From the NCBI GenBank assembly GCA_009783145.1, contig WRHR01000005.1:194-64193 (forward strand): a stretch of 64,000 bases of DNA. The letters run 5' to 3'. Below, piece after piece: positions 1-7,014 of the stretch. The stretch is from Alphaproteobacteria bacterium (GTDB taxonomy: Bacteria > Pseudomonadota > Alphaproteobacteria > Rs-D84). The position numbers and the translations under genes are program-made. Below the pieces are notes generated by a model. The model had not been told where the DNA came from and did not search any database. It saw nothing but the letters and a program-made list of their open reading frames with translations. Each line of letters begins with the position of its first letter. The first letter of the stretch is position 1.

Positions 1-270
1 CAAAGCAAGACCTTCTATCATGTGTCCCGCAACAATGAGAGCTTCTCGCCCCTTTTTGGATAATATTAAGAAATATATAGCATCAGCAGAATTTGATAGA
101 TTGCAAAACATGTTCATATACATTCTTTGCAATGGAGTGCTTGCGGTTGTTGATTTACAAAGTTTTTTATAATACTTAGCTGATTCACCAACATCTTGAC
201 ATACCCTATCAAGCATATACTTTTGTGCTTTTAAAAACTCTTCGTCATATTTATCTTTTTTTGGGTTCAT
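1..270 (-). CDS. hypothetical protein, N-terminal part (continues beyond left edge)
   Basis: ATG at 270 with GGAG 6 nt upstream; frame open for 90 codons to position 1 (MNPKKDKYDEEFLKAQKYMLDRV...); not in ORF track because no stop in window; visibly AT-rich. Confidence 0.4.
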   Translation of the reverse strand, partial: MNPKKDKYDEEFLKAQKYMLDRVCQDVGESAKYYKKLCKSTTASTPLQRMYMNMFCNLSNSADAIYFLILSKKGREALIVAGHMIEGLAL

Positions 271-337
271 TTCATACTCCGTATATTCGTCTCATATTAT
301 AAAATAGAACTCGCAATTTTCAAGATTATATATTCAG

Positions 338-369
338 TTGCCCGTAGCTCAAGTGGATAGGGCAACCGA
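338..369 (+). pseudogene. tRNA 5' fragment (acceptor strand, D arm, 5' anticodon-stem strand only)
   Basis: TTGCCCG-TA-GCTC-AAGTGGATA-GGGC-A-ACCGA has canonical tRNA 5' layout; no anticodon loop or T arm follows. Confidence 0.35.
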
Positions 370-419
370 TAAGTCGACTATTTTATCCATGTTTTTCCCA
401 TATTTCTGCACAAGCGGAA

Positions 420-458
420 TTAGAAGACTCTTGCTCTATCCGATTGAGCTACCGGGAC
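420..458 (-). pseudogene. tRNA-Arg(TCT) 5' fragment ending at the anticodon loop
   Basis: Reverse complement reads GTCCCGG-TA-GCTC-AATCGGATA-GAGC-A-AGAGT-CTTCTAA; downstream sequence does not complete the anticodon stem and there is no T arm. Confidence 0.4.
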
Positions 459-546
459 ATATAGTTGAGATACAGCGGAATACAGCGAGATATTTTAAGC
501 AACTTACATATTTGCTACATAATTTTTGTAAATAAAATCTTTACAC

Positions 547-575
547 TTGCTAAATGATTGAATACACTCTATAAT
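547..575 (+). promoter_or_regulatory. sigma70-like promoter TTGCTA-17-TATAAT
   Basis: -35 at 547-552, 17-nt spacer, -10 at 570-575; would transcribe the tRNA 3' fragment and the CDS at 658. Confidence 0.4.
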
Positions 576-590
576 TTACAAGGCGGTCAA

Positions 591-639
591 AAGACTTCTA
601 ATCCGTAGGTCAGAGGTTCGAATCATCTCGGGCATGCCA
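591..639 (+). pseudogene. tRNA-Arg(TCT)-like 3' fragment (anticodon loop to CCA)
   Basis: CTTCTAA-TCCGT-AGGTC-AGAGG-TTCGAAT-CATCT-CGGGCAT-G-CCA; T loop canonical, T stem has one mismatch; no D arm upstream. Confidence 0.4.
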
Positions 640-657
640 AAAAGTTAAGGAGAAATT

Positions 658-1293
658 ATGGCAACTGGAATCATATATATTTTGACTAATGATGCTATGT
701 CCGGAATCATTAAAATCGGTATAACTACTGACCTTGAACAAAGAATGAAGACTCTTGATACAACAGGAGTTCCAATGCCTTTCCGTTGCCATTATGCAGT
801 CGAAGTGGATGGTTATGAAAAGAAGGAAAAACACATTCACGACGGATTCTCGGACCACCGAATACGACCGAATAGGGAATTCTTCAAACTATCCCCTGAA
901 CGTGCGGTTTCAATCCTTAAAATGCTTGATGGGCGCGAAATTGTGTCCAACAACGCAATGATCGGAGAAACCGGTGAAATTGAAGAAAATGAAAAAATAG
1001 AAAAAGAAATTCGCCGGGACAAATTCACTTTCTCTTCTGCCGATGTTCCGATTGGCGCGGAAATCATATTTACACGTGATGAAACAAAAAAATGTGTCGT
1101 CGCCAGCGACCAACAGGTCGAATATGAGGGCCGCAGATATTCAATATCCCCAATAGCGCTCCGTTTTCTGAAAGAAGCCGGGTATAACTGGAAATCGGCG
1201 CAAGGCGCAGCATTTTTTACCTATGAAGGCGAATTGCTTGCCGACCGCAGAGATAGGGTTGAAACAGAAAACTCAGAATGTGAAATCGGATAG
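658..1293 (+). CDS. T5orf172 / GIY-YIG-superfamily domain protein with uncharacterised C-terminal domain
   Basis: AAGGAG RBS 7 nt upstream; N-terminus GIIYILTN...IKIGIT...R...L......E..IH..F...R....EFF matches the T5orf172 (MUG113-like) pattern. Confidence 0.7.
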   Translation: MATGIIYILTNDAMSGIIKIGITTDLEQRMKTLDTTGVPMPFRCHYAVEVDGYEKKEKHIHDGFSDHRIRPNREFFKLSPERAVSILKMLDGREIVSNNAMIGETGEIEENEKIEKEIRRDKFTFSSADVPIGAEIIFTRDETKKCVVASDQQVEYEGRRYSISPIALRFLKEAGYNWKSAQGAAFFTYEGELLADRRDRVETENSECEIG

Positions 1294-1297
1294 TTTT

Positions 1298-1606
1298 TTA
1301 GAATAACTTCACGCCCTCGGCATGAAGGAGTTTTTTCTTTGTCTCTATACCGCCGGGGCCGGAATAGCCGCCAAGGGTTCCGTCTGTGCGTATTACTCTG
1401 TGGCATGGAACTTGCGGGGCCAACGGGTTTGCGCCCACTGCATTTGCGACCGCTCGCGTTGCGCTTGGGCGCCCTATTCTCCGTGCCAGTTCCGCATAGC
1501 TGATAACTTGCCCACGCGGGATATTCAGCAATTCGCGCCACACGGTTTTCTGAAATTGGGTGCCGGGTAATTTCTCAGAATTTATTTTAGCCAAATATTT
1601 TTCCAT
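1298..1606 (-). CDS. ogt: methylated-DNA--protein-cysteine methyltransferase (catalytic domain only)
   Basis: Active-site PCHRVI motif and preceding helix-turn-helix (ISYAELARRIG); 102 aa. Confidence 0.85.
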   Translation of the reverse strand: MEKYLAKINSEKLPGTQFQKTVWRELLNIPRGQVISYAELARRIGRPSATRAVANAVGANPLAPQVPCHRVIRTDGTLGGYSGPGGIETKKKLLHAEGVKLF

Positions 1607-2570
1607 AAATCACCTCGTCTATTTCCACCGTCCCGGATGCAAGCGACGCGTTATAATTCTCACGCGCGCGGTCATACGGAAGACGAATCATATCCCCGGG
1701 CTTTGCGCGCGCCGCGCGGATTGCTGCAACAAGAGCCGAGCAATCTTTCTTGAACTTATCCATATCCACAAGAATTTTCGGATCAATCGCAACGATTGCC
1801 GCGCCCCACTCCTTGTCATACGTTTTATTATCAATAAAAGCGCCGTTTGCCAGCGGGCCGGCAAGAAGTTCCGCCAGCATCGCAAAACCCGAAGCTTTGT
1901 ATGAATTCCCGAACGGGGCAAGCGCGCCGTCCTCTATAACGTCCGCAGGATTAGTAGTCGGGTTTCCGTCCTTGTCAAAGGCAATCCCTTCGGGAAGTTT
2001 TTCCCCGCGCGCGTTCGCTATGACGCAGCCATAGAATGTCATAGCCGAAGTGGCGGCGTCGAACACTATCGGATCGCTGGTCGTAGGAAAAGCATAGCCG
2101 ACCGGGTTAGTGCCGAAAATCGGATCAATCGAGCCGAAAGCAACTGCCGTCGAACTGGAGCGGCTGCACATTATGCCGATAAGGTCTTGCTTTGCAATCT
2201 GCTCGACATAATAGCTCTGCGCGCCGTTAGACGATCTGAAATTGTGCGCCGTCACTATGGAAACGCCGGCCTTCTTTGCCTTTTCTATCGCAATATCAGC
2301 TGCTTTTTGAGCAATAAGAATTCCCGGATTGCCCGCGCCATCAAGCAGTGCCGATACGGGGGTTTCCCGCTGAGCCTTAATTTCGCCAGTCGGTATGATA
2401 TCTTGGATGGGCGAACCGCCTGCAAGCTTGGCTATGCCTTGAGTCCCGATTCCTCCGCCGCACATTTCGGCGTAAATAAGATAATCGGCAATGACCTCTC
2501 GTTCCGCTGGTTTTAGATGAATAAAAAGCGGAATTATTTTAGCCTTGAGTTCCTGGATGGATATTTTCAT
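1587..2570 (-). CDS. Ldh_2 family (malate/L-lactate/sulfolactate-type) dehydrogenase
   Basis: FGTNPVGYAFP and HNFRSSNGAQSYY-type motifs of Ldh_2 family; ATG at 2570 preferred (AGAGAGG 8 nt upstream) over the TTG at 2588. Confidence 0.75.
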   Translation of the reverse strand: MKISIQELKAKIIPLFIHLKPAEREVIADYLIYAEMCGGGIGTQGIAKLAGGSPIQDIIPTGEIKAQRETPVSALLDGAGNPGILIAQKAADIAIEKAKKAGVSIVTAHNFRSSNGAQSYYVEQIAKQDLIGIMCSRSSSTAVAFGSIDPIFGTNPVGYAFPTTSDPIVFDAATSAMTFYGCVIANARGEKLPEGIAFDKDGNPTTNPADVIEDGALAPFGNSYKASGFAMLAELLAGPLANGAFIDNKTYDKEWGAAIVAIDPKILVDMDKFKKDCSALVAAIRAARAKPGDMIRLPYDRARENYNASLASGTVEIDEVIYGKIFG

Positions 2571-2592
2571 AAAGAAACCTCTCTTCAAAAAA

Positions 2593-3183
2593 TGTCAGAC
2601 GGGCCGTAAGCCGGATTCTGTTCTATGGCATAATTAATCTGTCGCGGCGGATTACTCCACCGGATCAAGCCCTCTACCCGCCCCCAACGCCAGGCGCGCT
2701 GGGGACCATGTGGAGAAAATATTGCGCGATTTGCGGCAGGGGATTTGAAGCAAGGACGAGGATTTTCGCGCAGACCGTATATTATACGGGCAAGCGGAAA
2801 TCCGAAGTTATTGATTCAAATACGCGCCGTCGCTTTGCGATGCAGCTAAAATCACCCATCGCTTTGTCAGATTGGCTCGATGTATAATATACATTTTCGC
2901 CAATCTTTCGCGCGCTGTGCGATTTTATCTCGCACAAATCGCGCAATATTTTCTCCACATGGCCCCTGGGGGCCTATTTGAAGTTGCACCACATAGAGAT
3001 TGCCCGTTTCACCCGCCTTCGCCAAGGCTACGGCGGGCAAGCCCGTCATGCCTTATTGAAGACGACTCCGTCTCTGTTGCTCTGATCGTCGGGTCGCCCC
3101 GCCGGGCCGTTAGCCCGTATGCTGCCTGGTGGTGTCCGGACTTTCCTCGCCATTTCTGGCGCTATGCCTCGCCCGTCTGACCG
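2593..3183 (-). ncRNA. rnpB: RNase P RNA (bacterial type A core) with large insertion
   Basis: Minus strand contains P4 5' strand GAGGAAAGTCCGGAC (about 3139-3153), P4 3' strand ACAGAATCCGGCTTA (about 2608-2622), P1 pairing GTCAGACGGGC/GCCCGTCTGAC (3171-3181 with 2594-2604), GCAACAGAGA, GGGTGAAAC, CAAATAGG and GGGTAGAGGGC blocks in canonical order. Confidence 0.85.
2706..2962. repeat. 257-nt insertion in rnpB bounded by 28-bp perfect inverted repeat
   Basis: 2706-2733 CCATGTGGAGAAAATATTGCGCGATTTG is the exact reverse complement of 2935-2962; interior holds AT-core palindromes CCGTATATTATACGG and ATGTATAATATACAT. Confidence 0.75.
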
Positions 3184-3235
3184 TTATAAAATACAGCAAA
3201 TTTTCCAAAAATCAATTGATTTTTTCCGCAATAAT

Positions 3236-4516
3236 ATGCACTATGCGTTTGTGTCATTAATTGCCCCAATCTTGAACGAATCCCAACTGCGCGCGTTCGC
3301 GGAGATTGAAAACAGCAACCGCAATATCCTGATTCTGGGGCAAGCCGGAACCGGCAAATCAACCTTTGTGAATTACCTTAAATCGGCCAGTAAAAAGCGT
3401 ATCATCTGCGCCTGCCCAACGGCCGTGTCCGCGCTGAATATCGGCGGGCAGACAATCCATTCCTTGTTCCAAATCCAGCCGCGCGACTTTGTCATGCCGG
3501 ATTTGTTAAAGCTGAAATCTCGCCCGCGAAACATCCTGAATGCCGCGGACTTGCTGATAATCGACGAGGTCTCGATGGTGTCGCCCGACATTCTGGACGC
3601 TATGGATATCCTTAGCCGCTGGGCGAGGAAAAATAACTTGCCCTTTGGCGGGCTGCAGGTCGTCGCAATCGGCGACTTGTTCCAATTGCCGCCTGTGATC
3701 ACCCGCGATGCCGAACAGTTCTATCTGGAATCGTACGGCATGCCGAACGCTTATTTCTTCGACGCGCACGCATACAAGCGCGCTGACTTTAATCGCGCCG
3801 ATTTCGACTTCGTCTATCGTCAAAGCGACGACAATCTGCTGCAGCATTTATTTGATTTAAGAACAGGCGCGGATATCGCGGAGGCGCTGAATTATTTCAA
3901 CAATTTAAAAATCGCGGATGCCGCAAAGCGTGAAAATGCCGTCATTATCACGCCTTTCCGCGCGGTCGCGGATAGAATAAATGCCGACCGCTTGGCGCAA
4001 ATTCCGGCGCCCGAGATAACTTACAAGGGCGAACTGACCGGAAACTTCAACGAAAAAGACGTTCCCGCGCCTATGAACCTGACCTTGAAAATCGGGGCGT
4101 TGGTCGTCTTCGTGAAAAACGGAAACGACTGGCACAACGGCAGCATGGGCATAGTTCGCGAATTGTCGCACAACTTGATAAAGGTCCAACTGCTGGGCGG
4201 CGAACTTGTCGATGTAAAGCCCGACAAATGGGAGAAAATGGAATACGAGCGCGATGAGAAAGACAAGCTGGTTGAAAACGAGGTCGGCAGCTATAAACAA
4301 TTCCCGCTGGCGCTGGGTTATGCGATGACCATTCACAAAGCGCAGGGAAAAACTTTGGATGCAGTCGTTGTGGATATCTCGCGCGGGGCGTTCGCGCACG
4401 GACAGACTTATGTTGCGCTGTCTCGCACGCGGCGCGCGGATGATATGCATATCGCCGCCCCGCTGCGCGGGCGAGATATAATTTTCGATAGACGCGTTTT
4501 GGAATTTGTGGGATAA
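3236..4516 (+). CDS. Pif1/RecD-like superfamily 1 DNA helicase
   Basis: Walker A GQAGTGKST, Walker B IIDEVSMV, GDLFQLPPV, C-terminal TIHKAQGKT...YVALSRTR; ORF-track start 3119 overlaps rnpB so ATG 3236 chosen. Confidence 0.8.
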   Translation: MHYAFVSLIAPILNESQLRAFAEIENSNRNILILGQAGTGKSTFVNYLKSASKKRIICACPTAVSALNIGGQTIHSLFQIQPRDFVMPDLLKLKSRPRNILNAADLLIIDEVSMVSPDILDAMDILSRWARKNNLPFGGLQVVAIGDLFQLPPVITRDAEQFYLESYGMPNAYFFDAHAYKRADFNRADFDFVYRQSDDNLLQHLFDLRTGADIAEALNYFNNLKIADAAKRENAVIITPFRAVADRINADRLAQIPAPEITYKGELTGNFNEKDVPAPMNLTLKIGALVVFVKNGNDWHNGSMGIVRELSHNLIKVQLLGGELVDVKPDKWEKMEYERDEKDKLVENEVGSYKQFPLALGYAMTIHKAQGKTLDAVVVDISRGAFAHGQTYVALSRTRRADDMHIAAPLRGRDIIFDRRVLEFVG

Positions 4517-4528
4517 TCTCTCTGAGAG

Positions 4529-4879
4529 ATGAAATATTTGCGTCAGTTTATGATTATATTGATATTTGTCGCGCTGGGGGAAGCCGCCGCGGCCGTCATT
4601 CCATTGCCCATCGCGGGCAGTATTTATGGTTTAGTATTCTTATTATTGGGATTGCTATTAAAGTTCGTTCATTTATCCGATGTTGAAGACACCGCGGATT
4701 TCTTTCTGGCAATCTTACCCGTGATGTTTGTCGTTCCCGCTGTCGGAATTCTTAAAATCTGGGGCGATGTAAAAACTATTTGGCTGCCCGTGTTGGGCAT
4801 TATAGTTCTGACTTTCCTGGCGGCGATGGCATCAACTGGATGGGTCGCACAATGGCTGGCCGAGAGGCGTAAGAAATGA
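4529..4879 (+). CDS. CidA/LrgA family holin-like membrane protein
   Basis: 116 aa, four hydrophobic segments, translationally coupled (ATGA overlap) to LrgB-like gene. Confidence 0.75.
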   Translation: MKYLRQFMIILIFVALGEAAAAVIPLPIAGSIYGLVFLLLGLLLKFVHLSDVEDTADFFLAILPVMFVVPAVGILKIWGDVKTIWLPVLGIIVLTFLAAMASTGWVAQWLAERRKK

Positions 4880-5571
4880 TCCCGATCCTGACCAATACCA
4901 TTTATTTTGGATTCGCGCTGACATTATTGGTCTATTGGCTGTGCTGGGCGCTGCATCAGAAATTCCGCTCGCCGATTACGACGCCGCTGTTGGTCGCAAC
5001 CTTCGCGGTAATTGCGATTTTGCTGGTTTTTGATATTCCTTATGAGAGCTATAACCTGGGCGCGAAATATCTGGGATATTTTCTGATTCCGGCGACGGTT
5101 TGTTTTGCTGTGCCCATGTATCGCCAGATTCTGCTGTTGAAAGAAAATATGCGGCCGGTACTGATTTCGGTATTCATAGGCTGCGCGGTTTCGGTCTTGA
5201 CCGTGGTCGGGCTAACCTTTGCGTTCGGGCTGGATCAAGTAATCGCAAGGTCGCTGGCGCCCGTTTCCGTCACGACCGCGATAGCGATCGGTATAACCAA
5301 GGAGCTGGGCGGATGGGTAGCCCTGACGGTCTTTGCAGTGGTGATTACGGGGATTTTGGGCGCGGCGACTGGGGGATTGATATGCCGATGGCTCGGCATT
5401 AAAAATAAAATGGCGCAGGGGCTGGCAATTGGAAACTCATCGCATGCGATGGGCACGACCAAGGCGCTGGAAATGGGCGAAATCGAAGGCGCAACCGCAT
5501 CGCTGGCTATTCTGATTTCAGGGTTGATGACGGTTATACTGGGGCCGCTGATTATATGGCTGTTATTGTAA
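4876..5571 (+). CDS. LrgB/CidB family membrane protein
   Basis: 231-aa polytopic membrane protein, conserved pairing with LrgA-like gene. Confidence 0.75.
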   Translation: MIPILTNTIYFGFALTLLVYWLCWALHQKFRSPITTPLLVATFAVIAILLVFDIPYESYNLGAKYLGYFLIPATVCFAVPMYRQILLLKENMRPVLISVFIGCAVSVLTVVGLTFAFGLDQVIARSLAPVSVTTAIAIGITKELGGWVALTVFAVVITGILGAATGGLICRWLGIKNKMAQGLAIGNSSHAMGTTKALEMGEIEGATASLAILISGLMTVILGPLIIWLLL

Positions 5572-5601
5572 AAACAACGGGGGCGCGCCCCCGTTGTTTT
5601 T
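5571..5601. terminator. bidirectional rho-independent terminator
   Basis: AAAACAACGGGGGCGCGCCCCCGTTGTTTTT, GC stem flanked by A and T runs between convergent genes. Confidence 0.65.
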
Positions 5602-5872
5602 ACATTTTGGATTTTGTCCTATTGCTCCAATCTTTGTGCACTCCGCAAGCCTCGTAACAGTCTCGTTTTGCCTGCCATTCGGCATCAGATTTGGTTGCTT
5701 TTTCTTCGCGCGTGAATTTCGGGCAGTTATCCCTTATGCATTCTCTTTGCTGTTCGGTCAAGGACTCCCTCCAAGCGGATTTTCCGCTTGTTCCTTCGCC
5801 TGTGGCAAGCGCCGGCGCCATAACCGCGCCGCCGATCAACAACACAGTTGCAAACAATGTGATTTTCCTCAT
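5600..5872 (-). CDS. small secreted Cys-containing protein
   Basis: Signal peptide MRKITLFATVLLIGGAVMAPALA; 90 aa, 4 Cys. Confidence 0.5.
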   Translation of the reverse strand: MRKITLFATVLLIGGAVMAPALATGEGTSGKSAWRESLTEQQRECIRDNCPKFTREEKATKSDAEWQAKRDCYEACGVHKDWSNRTKSKM

Positions 5873-5945
5873 ATTCTCTCTCCTTTCTTTGACGACTTAT
5901 CGTCTGAAAAGATGATACCACGAGAGGCGCGCGTTTTATAATGGT

Positions 5946-6323
5946 TTATATTCCTTTCCCCATAACCACAGCGTCGATGCCGTCGTAGTATCTGGGGCGG
6001 ATTGAGATTTGCCTGTATCCGTTGCGCTCGTAAAGCTTGCGCGCGGTAGCGTTATTCGCGGCGACTTCCAGAAAGATTTTCTTTACCGATATTTCTTTTT
6101 CCATCAGCTGCAATAAAGCGTCGGCAACCCCTGCGCCGCGGTGTGCAGGATGCACGCCGATTGTGATTATCTCGCATTCGTCCGCAGCGCAGCGCCAGAC
6201 CACGAACCCATTGTCGCTTGCGATAATTTCAGCGCCGCCTCGCTGCAATGACGCGAATTCTTCCGCGTCCCATGGCTTGTTCGGAAAACAGAGCTTATGA
6301 AGATTTGCAAGTTGTTGGAACAT
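5946..6323 (-). CDS. rimI: ribosomal-protein-alanine N-acetyltransferase (GNAT)
   Basis: GNAT motif A VHPAHRGAGVADALL; classical position next to tsaB. Confidence 0.75.
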   Translation of the reverse strand: MFQQLANLHKLCFPNKPWDAEEFASLQRGGAEIIASDNGFVVWRCAADECEIITIGVHPAHRGAGVADALLQLMEKEISVKKIFLEVAANNATARKLYERNGYRQISIRPRYYDGIDAVVMGKGI

Positions 6324-6338
6324 TTTACAAACTTTTTG

Positions 6339-6455
6339 CCACTCCCGCTGGTTTGCTGGCCCCGGCGAAGGCCGGGGCGGGAGTGGGTCTTTAAAACCTT
6401 TGGCTCGCTTCGCTCGCGGTTTATGGGCCCTATTCCTGCCTACGCAGGAATGACA
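6339..6455. repeat. palindromic repeat family B, copy 1
   Basis: Shares core GGTCTTTAARACCTTTGGCTCGCTTCGCTCGCG..GGCCCTATT with 16621-16717; flanked by local hairpins CCACTCCCGC/GCGGGAGTGG and ATTCCTGC/GCAGGAAT. Confidence 0.65.
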
Positions 6456-6480
6456 AAAAATCTTTTTAAGATTTTTTGTT

Positions 6481-7014
6481 TTAATTTTTTATTTCTGCAT
6501 AACTCGGTCTTATATACAATGGAATCACTGGTTCTGCGGATGCAATCAATTTGCGCGCAATAACCGACATGCTATCCGCCAAGTCATACAGTTTATGTCC
6601 GACTGTTTTTGCATAATTAAATTGTTTTGTTTCTACTTCTTCAATAGTCATAATTTCGGGCGGCAAATCTTTTGCGCCGACAAAGAAATCTCCCTTGCCG
6701 GATTCAATTGCAACAAATGCATCCGGATCGCGTTCCAAATAAATCTCAAATTTATTGATTGAGACAACGGGAATATTCAGGCCCAATGCGATGCCTTTGG
6801 CATAAGCAATCCCCAAACGAATCCCGGTAAAACTGCCCGGGCCAACAACAATTCCGATTGTGGTAATATCGCGCCATGCCGCGCCGTTTTCATTCAGAAA
6901 TTTTTCCGTTTCCGTAGGCAGAGAAAGAGATTGCTTTTCAGTTTCAACAAATTTATATTTGCCGTCCAATACAAGACCTATTCCCGAAGAAGATGTATCT
7001 ATAATTAAAATCAT
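6481..7014 (-). CDS. tsaB: tRNA threonylcarbamoyladenosine biosynthesis protein TsaB
   Basis: N-terminus ILIIDTSS, GPGSFTGIRLG motif; short form (177 aa). Confidence 0.8.
   Translation of the reverse strand: MILIIDTSSSGIGLVLDGKYKFVETEKQSLSLPTETEKFLNENGAAWRDITTIGIVVGPGSFTGIRLGIAYAKGIALGLNIPVVSINKFEIYLERDPDAFVAIESGKGDFFVGAKDLPPEIMTIEEVETKQFNYAKTVGHKLYDLADSMSVIARKLIASAEPVIPLYIRPSYAEIKN

Noticed and set aside
338-535. 65-aa ORF over the tRNA fragments; also ORF 22233-22514
   Set aside because: They overlap tRNA or tRNA-fragment sequence and have no RBS. 22233-22514 runs antisense to rpoZ and through tRNA-Ser.
370-594. Group I intron splitting a tRNA-Arg(TCT) between fragments A and C
   Set aside because: The gap is very AT-rich. 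It contains a promoter-like TTGCTA-17-TATAAT and an inverted tRNA half. It lacks any conserved group I core elements that I can see. The junction would fall before the anticodon loop rather than within it. The idea is kept only as something a covariance search could settle.
3119-3235. Upstream start codons of the Pif1-like helicase ORF
   Set aside because: This stretch is the 5' part of rnpB on the opposite strand. The helicase homology begins after the ATG at 3236.
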